Shown: piece by piece, positions 38,698 through 48,344 of the stretch
How positions within the stretch are numbered: the first letter of the stretch is position 1
How the letters are laid out: the number at the start of each line of letters is the position of its first letter
Position numbers and translations under genes: made by a program
The notes under the pieces: generated by a model
Told to the model about the DNA's origin: nothing
The model's input: the letters and a program-made list of their open reading frames with translations, nothing else
The model's database searches: none
NCBI RefSeq assembly: GCF_021869535.1
Contig: NW_026262679.1
Span: 118,420,001 to 118,484,000 of the forward strand
DNA length: 64,000 nucleotides
Direction of reading: 5' to 3'
DNA from: Mytilus californianus
Taxonomy: Eukaryota

Positions 38698-38935
38698 GGC
38701 CTCAGTGGCCGTGTGGTCTAAGTGGATCATTTTCTGTATTACCATCCTGATGTTATGAATTCAAACCTAGCACATGACAGGTGAATTTCACTCCTATCTT
38801 AATAGGACAAGCATTGTCAGTTTTCCTGCCAAAGTTGGTGGTTTTCTATGGCTTCCTCCACCAATAAAAACTGACCACCATGATTTAACCAATAATACAC
38901 AAAGTGGCATAAAACACCAACAATCAATCAATCAT
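38698..38935 (+). mobile_element. tRNA-derived SINE
   Basis: A-box-like tggccgtgtggtctaag, degenerate B-box gaattcaaacc, and a 3' tail aataaaaactgaccaccatgattt...aagtggcataaaacacc ending in caat repeats. Confidence 0.7.
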
Positions 38936-39642
38936 TTAACCAAATTTATCAGCAAACAGGAACTAGGTATCTGACAGATCTGAAAAATGCTCACACACTA
39001 CAAATCGCCACGGTCAAGTTGCTAACCAGATATGAAGCCATTTTGTTGAACTGACAGACAGACAAGGTAATTGCAATAAAACATTTAGGAGTGGGAGTAT
39101 AAGACTAGTCTTTTAATAAGATTCTAGGTATTATTAGAAATAGTTGGTCCAATTTGTTACTGTGTTGACCTTTTATCTGCACTCACTGTTGCGAATTATG
39201 TATAGACATTCGGAAAGCTATATTTAACATTTAATGCCCTTGACAGACAAGAAATAACAGTATAAAGAGCTGCAAATTTCATGCAATGTAATAAGTACCT
39301 GGTAATTTAAACCATTTTTAAATAACAAGACGGGTGTCTCATGTGGAGCAGAATCTGCTAACCCTTCCAGATCACCTAAGATCACCCCTGGTGTTTGGTG
39401 GGGTTTGTGTTGCTCAGTCTTTAGTTTTCTATGTTGTGTTTTGTATACTGTTGTTTGTCTTTTGATCATTTTTCATTTTTGGCCATGGCATTCTAGGTTT
39501 GTTTTGATTTATCAGATTGAATGTCCCTTTGATATCTTTCGTCTCCCTTTTGTGTTAAATGTCACAAAAATATTACCCAAGTCATACATGAATTATAAAT
39601 GTTATTAATTACAAATATTATCAAATTATTTTTAATAATTAC

Positions 39643-39727
39643 TCCATTTTGTCTTTCTTTCAGTTGAAACACTATCAGAAAACCATGCAGTCAGATCTTG
39701 AAATATTGGCATATTCTCCGACATCAT
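39643..39727 (-). CDS. TERB2: TERB2 coding exon 1 (MMSENMPIFQDLTAWFSDSVSTERKTKW)
   Basis: Acceptor at 39735 (tgtatccttttttcag|), in-frame TGA directly before ATG 39727, donor TGG A|gtaatt. Resembles recalled human MFQGQRGWFCGSVSQDLRQFW. Joined CDS 85+82+137+62+427+95 = 888 nt = 295 aa plus stop. Confidence 0.9.
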
Positions 39728-40439
39728 TCAGTTTCTGAAAAAAGGATACATAAATTATCTCCTCGACAGGAACAATAGGACACATTCCTTAAAATAAAAA
39801 AACTTAAAATTTAGGCATATTATTTTATAGAATTAATTTAAATCAAATACAAATATTATGATACATGAGATTGCATTTATAAATAGCACTGGAACTCAGT
39901 ATACTGCATCAGAATATAAAGGAGTTACTTATTTGAAGGTCAAACAACATTTTTTCAGCAAAATAGGGAATAAAAGAATATTCAGTCTGTATATCCCCAT
40001 CATTTTATCATTCATTTTTTTAGGCTAAAACTTATTTTTCTTATAAAAATGTGTTCGATAACTGCACGAGTCTAGGTAGACCCATCTGGACACATTATAA
40101 TGACTTCAAGCTATTAAATGTACCAGAATATGCTCATGCACCAATACAAGTTATAATTTCAAATAGCTCTAATTGTAAAGTGTTTTGGTTTCAACCTGGC
40201 TGGGAACTGAATTCATGACACTCTCACCCCTACTCACGAAAAGTAATAATCAAGGACATTTAAAACCATGAAATATATCTTTATTTTTCATATCTCTGCG
40301 TTTAAAAAAAAAAACTCCTCTTCATATATATATACAATCCCTTATTTCTATCATCAATTTCTTAAGGTATTCATGTAGAGAAGGGAAAACCATCCCATGT
40401 AACAAATTATCAGCCAGCTTCTCTGCATATGTTAAAACT

Positions 40440-40605
40440 ACCTTGGTGGTCTCCTGGTAGCATGTTCCCCTCGAGGGAGGTTATGGGTTTTAACCCGGGC
40501 CAGGTCAAACCAGACTTCAAAATTTGTGTATTTGCTGCTTCTTCGATAAGCACACACCATTGAGAAGTAAGAGCAAAGACAGGTCTTGAGTTTAGAATAA
40601 TCATA
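40440..40605 (+). mobile_element. Degenerate tRNA-derived SINE (CORE-type body)
   Basis: gggttttaacccgggccaggtcaaaccagacttcaaaatttgtgtatttgctgcttcttcgataagcacac...agtaagagcaaagac follows the recalled mollusc SINE head/body pattern. Confidence 0.6.
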
Positions 40606-41039
40606 TCAATCATATTCTATTGTATCGATCGTTTATGGGTTCATCAATTTAATCAACTGTCTCATCTGGTTTTCAAGGTCCAGGTTCATATTAAATTGTT
40701 ACAATATCATCTTTAGAATTGATCAATTCAATCAACTAACTGCCTTTTCTCGGTTTCAAAGGGTCATGATTGTATTCAATTGTGATCAATCATATCTATC
40801 ATTACAATCAAGGGGTTTGTGAATTTTACTGCGTTGATACATGTACTTGGTAATCAATCATATTTATTGTAAATTAATGATTGAGGGTTTTCAATTTTTA
40901 ATGAGTTGATTTAGATGATAGCTGGTTATCAATTGTGACCAAGAGTTGATTGAGTTGAAATTTGCAGTTCAATCAATGTTTATAATGTGTAAATTTGTAA
41001 CTATCTTTGCTGCATCGAATTTGTCAGTATGTTTGTTCG

Positions 41040-42600
41040 TGGTTAGACCTGGTGTTTGCTTTTCTTTTAATTAGTATGTCAGTATATGGTATGGCAATTT
41101 TGTTGTTGGTGATTCTATGGAACATATTTGATCGGCTTTTAAGTCTTCTTTCTTATGATGGCCAGTGAAGTGTGTTTAGCATGTTTGTTACACTTTCAGT
41201 ATATTGGTATTAAGAACATACGTATCTTGCTGCACGTCTTTGGACTTTTTCTATGGAGTTTATGTTCTCAGTTGTGTAAGAGACCCAGATAGTGCAGCAG
41301 TATTCTAGTTTTAGCCTGATAAGGGCTTGGTATGCTTGGTCTTTAATGGTTACCGAGTTTATTTTTAGATTTTTTCTGATGAATGCAATGGTCTTGTTTG
41401 CATTTGATGTCATGTTCTGAATGTGTTTGTTCCACTTTAAATTTGATGATGTTATTACGCCGAGATATTTTGCATTTTCAACTGAATCAAGAATGTGTCC
41501 ATGCATATCATAATAAAAATGAATAGGTGTTTTCTTTGTGGTCACTCGAAGTATGTTCCATTTGTCAGGATGGAACTGCATTAGTCATGCGCAGTCTTGT
41601 TCCCACTTGATTGCCCCTTCTAGGTTTTCTTGGAGTTTTAGGCAATCTCATGTTGATTTTATCTGTTGGTAAATGATACTGTCATCAGCAAAGAGCCTGA
41701 TTTGACTGTGATGTAAATAGTCAGGTAAGTCATTGATGTATATTAAAATAGTATTTGACCTAATTTAGCGCCCTGAGGAACACCTGATGTAACTGGTATA
41801 TCGTCAGAGGAATGGTTTTCTAGTATGACTGTTTTTGTACAATTAGATAGGAAAGATTTCATCCAGTTTGTAGCTAATGTTCTGATACACAAAAAAATTT
41901 AAGTTGATAAAGTAATCGGTTGTGTGGAACTTTATCAAAGGCTTTTAAAATATACAAACCGATCTAATCATCATGGATTTCACTAAATTAGTGAAATCCA
42001 TGATGATTAGATCGGTTTGTATATTTTTATCGTTATTTGAACTTCAAGATAGCTGGTAAATCAGTGAAATTATCTGGGATTCCCTAGACCTACTTGCCCT
42101 GAAGCCGTGTTGCAAGTCATAAAGTATGTTGTTCGATTCAATCAAGGTGTGTCATGATGTTGCTTGCAAGTATGTGCTCTAATAATTTACAGGAAATACA
42201 TTGAGATTGGTCTATAGTTCCCAGGATGATGTCCGTCTCCTTTTTTGAAAACAGGTGTTACTTTGGGTGATTCCAATCATATTTCCTGTAAAAATTAGAG
42301 TGAGTATGTTTGTGCATGTGTTAATGTTTTCTTTTAGCACTATTCAGGTGAGTGAGTATTCCAGTTATGAATGTTATCTGGTCCTGTTGCTTTTTTACTT
42401 TTTAGGATTTATATTTTTAATTAATTTATAGATGCCTTCCTGTTGATGTCTATGTTGTCCATTATTGGATGTGTTGATGGACCTTTGTCAGGGATTACTG
42501 TATTAGTCTCAGATGTAAATGCTGATTTAAATTGTTCGTTTAAGATATTTGCTTTTTTCAAGGGATCTGTATGACTGTGGACACCCTGGACCATCGTTTA
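41040..42600 (-). pseudogene. Decayed 5'-truncated LINE (CR1/L2-type reverse transcriptase) in TERB2 intron 1
   Basis: Minus-strand motifs QTDLIIMDFT/KAFDKVPH, TSGVPQG, YINDLPD...IRLFADD, QFHPDK...YLGV, KVQRRAARYV, with frameshifts. Ends approximate. Confidence 0.9.
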
Positions 42601-42765
42601 ATTGATCAATTAAAAAGGTACCTATTTTGTTTCAGATCTTTTTTAACTGTCTAATGCTTAGCGAGACAATGACATGATATCTCACATCTAAATTTATTAC
42701 CAAACGCAAATGATGTTTGTCAAGTTGAATTTCCCGGACTTTTCGTCTGCAATAAATATTCTTAC

Positions 42766-42995
42766 GCCTCGTTAGCAAACAACCACTCTTCGTAAATGCT
42801 ACAATATCAAAACAGATACACCGACATGATCGAATTATTTTTTACTTAACATCCAATTTAAAAAAAATAAATTCATTTTAGCGGGAAAACTCTCATAAAA
42901 AATGTCTTCTATTTTTATGCGCGAAAATAACCGGTTAAGTAATTCGGTTGACTTCCGGTTCCCATCTTGAAAGCTTCTTATCTTTCTTTTAAAGA
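42766..42995. promoter_or_regulatory. Putative bidirectional promoter of TERB2 (-) and MBD2/3 (+), including the TERB2 non-coding exon 1
   Basis: Minus-strand donor gaggc|gtaaga at 42766/42765; E2F-type GCGGGAAA (42881-42888) and GCGCGAAA (42919-42926); ETS-type ACTTCCGGT (42951-42959); locally CpG-richer; MBD ATG at 42996. Confidence 0.7.
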
Positions 42996-43108
42996 ATGGA
43001 ACTAAAGAGACAGTCAGACTGTCCATCATTACCTCCTGGTTGGAGAAGAGAAGAAGTTGTGAGACAATCTGGTTTATCTGCAGGCAAAACAGATGTTTAT
43101 TACTATAG
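42996..43108 (+). CDS. MBD2/3: MBD2/3 exon 1 (MELKRQSDCPSLPPGWRREEVVRQSGLSAGKTDVYYY)
   Basis: Classic methyl-CpG-binding domain start; ends TAT AG|gtataa (phase 2). Confidence 0.95.
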
Positions 43109-44170
43109 GTATAAAGTGTTGATTGCTTTCAGTCGCCGATTTGACTCCACACTATGAGTATGACAGCATCAAGAATGGTACCATCAAGAGTAGGAAATAT
43201 TTGCCTTTGATGTGTCCACCCTGATAACTGCTCGTTTCGTCATAGTTCCTTTTCCTACTGGTTCCATTCAACATGATACCTGTTTGCCAGTCGTCTGTTC
43301 ACCTTACTTTATTTTGTTGTCTTGTTGAATATTAATATCAAGGATTTGTATAGTAAGAGAACTAAGACTATCTTTTGCTGTAATAATCCTTGTTAATATT
43401 TAATATACTATTTGAATAGATATAACATATATCTATGCAGGACGCGACGTCAATGAAACATCATAGGCTAGCCACATAGGAAACACAGAAATTCTGACAG
43501 TACTTTTAATAATCAGCCTGGGATATAACTCTATAGGGTTATTAGAGAAAATATCATACATGTGTTATTGTGGACTAAAAAATCCAAAATCGTGATAACA
43601 TATGTTTCAAAGGGGCGATATACATCCTTTGTTTTGTTAAAATGTATACAAGTTCTATTGATTTATTATTATTGTCTGAATGTATACTAAACTTTAGAAA
43701 GATATAATAGTTCATAGTTTGCCAATCATTCATAGTACACTTATGTTATCACAGAAAAATATGCCTGTAATAACTATAGGGTGTTATTACAGCTTCTGTA
43801 CATCACTTCAAAGCCTTTGCTCAGACATATATCATGCTTAATCACAATGTATTTTAATTTATTGTATGAAATAATGAGCAGAGCATGTAATGAGGTTCTG
43901 CGCAATCTTCCAAGTAATTCCCAAGTGTAAATCAAAAAAGACATGCTGAAGCTTTGCCATTACCACAAAAAAGGCATGACACAATGACATGCTATTTTGC
44001 GTTTAGATAAAATACATGTACTAGATGCATATTTCTTCATTTTTATGCACAAAAATTTACCTGATAACCAATCATATAATTCATGGTTAAAAAAGGATAA
44101 TACATGGAAAAAGTATCCAAATACATTTTGATAATAACCTTAAATTGACATGAATGAATATCTTTTTTAG

Positions 44171-44328
44171 TCCTGATGGGAAGAAGGTCAGAAGCAAACC
44201 AATGATGGCAAGATATCTAGGAGAAGGGTTTGATTTATCTGCCTTTGATTTTCGCACTGGTAAAATAAATCATTCATCAATCAGAAAAAGTAAGCGTCCA
44301 AACAGTGGTCCTTATGACTTTGCTAGAG
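44171..44328 (+). CDS. MBD2/3: MBD2/3 exon 2 (SPDGKKVRSKPMMARYLGEGFDLSAFDFRTGK...)
   Basis: tcttttttag|T...AGA G|gtttgt; 158 nt; second half of the MBD. Confidence 0.95.
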
Positions 44329-45976
44329 GTTTGTCATTTTTTTGTTTTCAACTTTGATTTCATTGGTGAAGGCACATTCATTTACAAATTTACAAATGTT
44401 TGATCATATGTTGTAGTATATAGATCAAAATTTTAAGAACTTGAGAAAGAGTTTTTGTATAGGTCAAAGGTCAATACGTATACAGTGTAAAAGATTTCTG
44501 ACACCAAGGAAGGATAAACCTTATATGTATGTAGACATACATAATCAAAGAAGACATTTGTATATTTTACTTTGCATCTTCTAAAGAAATTACACAAACA
44601 TATATATAATATCTTGTTGGATATAATGACTTATAGTTCTGTTTGTTTTAAAGCTGTCAACAAAAATGGTTGGATTTGCTTATTTCTCAATATTTCCTGC
44701 CAATTTTGGAATAGTTATTTAATTTGATATCAGATTAGTTTAAATGGTGAAATCTGACAGTATCACTGAGTATTGTGCTGTCAATTGTTGTTCATATGCA
44801 AACCAGATCATACCTGTTTTAAATTGTTCAGATAAAGAGATAAAATCTTGCAGATTTTTTGACCTCTGTGAGATTGTTTCTGTTAAGCAACATGTTGTAA
44901 AAGTGTGTGCTTCTCCATGACTGGTCAATGATCAAACATTTGTAGACTCAAAACAGTTTTAGATCCAGTTATCACAAATTAATCCATCATAACCTGATAA
45001 TATTCCTTAGTCACTGTAGCTATTAACTACATCATCTACATGTATATACAGGTACACGTACATATGTATAACTTTCACATGAATTCAGTTTCAGAATCTA
45101 ATGCTTTATGGGTAAAGAAAATGTTAAAAATCACCAAAACATTGTGATAAATTAACAACATTGTAAGCAATAATTACCTATCTTATTAGACAATGTGTAT
45201 AAACAAAGTCCTTAACATTCTGAAACAACAAAATTCAAATTGTGATGTGTATGATGGCGTTGATCCTAGCCAACTCAATGTATACTGTAGCCATAGATCC
45301 TAGTATCATGTAAATGTAGCAATTTCCATGGCATTTTATTTTCACCATAGACTGTTTTCTTTCCAGACTGTGCATAGGAAATTTATTTTAGATAACATCT
45401 TGAGGCTGAAATATTTAAAAAAAAAAAAAAGTATTAGGGAAATATATTTTTGAGACCCAAGGAAAATATTCTACTAAGACATTTACAAGTGTCACATTAT
45501 TGTGCATTTTTAAAGATGTTTAATTTATATCAGTTAAATTGATTGTAGTCAAAATGATATCTATCATTATAAAATAGAAAATGGGAATTATGGTAAGCCT
45601 CACTAGGCAATTGCAGAGAATGGTCTGTAGATAATTTATCTTTCATACAAAATGGATGATATATTTTTTACTATTTAAGTGTGAAAACAGTTCAACTTCC
45701 TGTTTTTAATTTCACTTCTCAAGACATGTAAACTTGTACACACCAGTTTACATATATGTATGTGTTTTAATTGTAATTCATTTCAAATTTAACAAAAACG
45801 GTTAAATACATACATTGACATACAAAAATTGGTTACCATTGCATTGATTCTAAAAAAAACTGTAATAAGATTCTTTGGGATTTTCTGTGAAGTAAATGGA
45901 GAGCTGGAGTTGAGAATGCAGTGGTTTGATTTGACACTCCGACAAAGATGATTTTTTATATGTAACTGTTTTATAG

Positions 45977-46125
45977 GAATAAGGCAAGATTCCAGTTTAT
46001 CTTTACCTATCAGACAGACAGCTTCAATCTTCAAACAGCCAGTTACAGTAAAGCGAATTAGAGAAGACACAGACAGTAAAACAAAGACAGATTTAAAACA
46101 TGGTCCACAGGATCCTCCTAAACAG
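45977..46125 (+). CDS. MBD2/3: MBD2/3 exon 3 (...LPIRQTASIFKQPVT...PPKQ)
   Basis: ttttatag|GA...CAG|gtctgt; 149 nt; LPIRQTASIFKQPVT hallmark of MBD2/MBD3. Confidence 0.95.
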
Positions 46126-46358
46126 GTCTGTACAAAGTATCAAGTCTGCAGGACCAGTTTAGGATTTGTACCAGTCCTTGAAAAGCCATGGATTTTTATT
46201 TGGAATAAAAAATTATGAAAAAGAAATTTAATATCCTTCCAACTTTAAAGAGTACAATGACAATGTTAGTGTTAAACTAAAAAAATTATTTGTTTCTTCA
46301 ACATGTTCAAAATTCTTGTAAAAATATGCAACTGAATCTGGTTCTGTACCCTAGTCCA

Positions 46359-46897
46359 CATCTTCGCTAGCCAAGGGTTACGATCCAGTCCCCTCCTCTC
46401 CACCCTTGGTGGATTAAGAAAATATCGGATCCACGAGGTAATGATTCCCATTGGTCGCAGTTGTAGCCGGCTGCATCCAATCAAAAAGTGCCTTTAAGAT
46501 GATCACAAAGATCATGATGATGTAAATGTAGAAAATGTAAATAAATAATTGCCACATGCTGATTGTGCATTTACCCCCAAATCATAGGACGATATTTAGT
46601 GACAATTTTAATGAACTAATTTGAATTCCTGTGTATATTTCTCGCGAAAATGTTGGAATGCCAACAAATGTTTTCTGTTTCTGCTTCACGAATTTTGTAA
46701 ACACTTGACACAACCTTTTTTACACCTCCACAGTGAAGAGAGTTCAAGAGCTACCATTGTTCAAGAATGATGTAGTAGGAATGGGTGTGACCTTTATCTA
46801 CCGGTAGATGGGGCAGCATTGTAATCACAAATGTTGGCTTAATCTGCCAAGGGTGGAGAGCAGGGGACTGGATCGTAACCATTGGCTAGCGAAGATG
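46359..46897. mobile_element. Non-autonomous element with ~60-bp terminal inverted repeats, in MBD2/3 intron 3
   Basis: 46359-46418 catcttcgctagccaagggttacgatccagtcccctcctctccacccttggtggattaag versus the reverse complement of 46838-46897 (4 mismatches). Confidence 0.8.
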
Positions 46898-48344
46898 CCT
46901 GGTCCAGTTTCTTCATGTTCATTGTACAGCTACTGAAAGATTGGAAAATGTGCTTTTGAATACTAAAGATGCCAGGCAACTGCCACTTTTGCCTGAGATG
47001 GCTGAAAAACCTTAATTACAAAAAATAACTTGTACTGGGTAGCAGCAAAGCAAAAAACCAAGCCAAAACATCTAAAACATTTCCTTAGGATGTTCTGTTT
47101 AAGTTGGGTCGTGAGATCAATTATAGTTTTAAATGTAGTAAATTTATTTAAATTAAAAAGGCAATTCTTGTAGACCATGTTCAAATGCAAATCTGTTTAG
47201 ACAGCTACTGTAAGATGGTCCATAGGACCAACATTTTTAATTCGTCAAAGATTTGGTCCTAAGTTCCAACTTAAAAAAGTGTGTACAAAAAACTGTACAT
47301 ATATATGCAGGACCAACTAAACCAGTTTGTATTTCAGGAACAAAATTTTAAATAAAAAAACCAAATGCTAGTCAAGTTTGAATTTGTTAACTTTGATTGA
47401 AAGAAATATGCTTTAAAAGTAACTTTGCTTGCAGATTTTCTATTAGGATAAACAATTTGTAAAGCTGAAACTTATTTTCAAATTGTAGCAATTTGATGGT
47501 ATAAATGCAGTTAGGCTAATAGACTTTGTTGAGCAGTAGCTTTATATAACTAAGTCCATTGTGGCATTTTCAAACATAAGGCTAAATCTTATCTTTTGAA
47601 GAAATGATCTGTCTTTATATTTATAAAGATATAAGAAGATGTGGTATGAGTGCCAATGAGACAACTCTCTATCCAAGTCAAAATTTATAAAAGTAAACCA
47701 TTATAGGTCAAAGTACGGTCTTCAACACGGAGCCTTGGCTCACACCGAACAGCAAGCTATAAAGGGCCCTAAAAATTACTAGTGTAAAACTATTCAAACG
47801 GAAAAACCAACGGTCTAATCTATATAAATAACGAGAAACGAGAAACACTAGTGAACCACATCAACAAACGACACTACTGAACATCAGATTCCTGACTTAG
47901 GACGGATGCAAACAATTGCAGCGGGTTTAAACGTTTTAATGGTACCAAACCTTCACCCTTATCTGAAACAATAGTGTAACATCACAACATAGAAAGACAC
48001 ACTATAAAATATCAATTGAAATGGCTTAACTCAATCAAAAGACATATTAACACCAGTGAACATACACTGAACAAATAAGTTTGATCTATGATACAATGTA
48101 AATACAAAATAAATAAACTAAGGGAAGAATAATTAAAGTAACATGTTATACCGCTGTGAAATGTTCTACTCCATCAAAATATTGTCTGCTGGTTTCAATT
48201 AAACCAGTTTGCATGTTGTTTGTATACGATCAACCAGAACAAGTTTGTAAATTACATCTCAAACATGGTGAACGAAAGTAACCCAAGTGCTAATTTTTAA
48301 AGGTATACCCACCTTCAATATACTTCAGATTAGACACTGTTAAT

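Noticed and set aside
41210-41581. 123-aa minus-strand ORF as a host gene
   Set aside because: It is the C-terminal RT region of a frameshifted LINE remnant.
42835-43029. 64-aa minus-strand ORF across the promoter
   Set aside because: Antisense to MBD2/3 exon 1 and the promoter; not joinable to TERB2, whose ATG has an in-frame stop immediately upstream.
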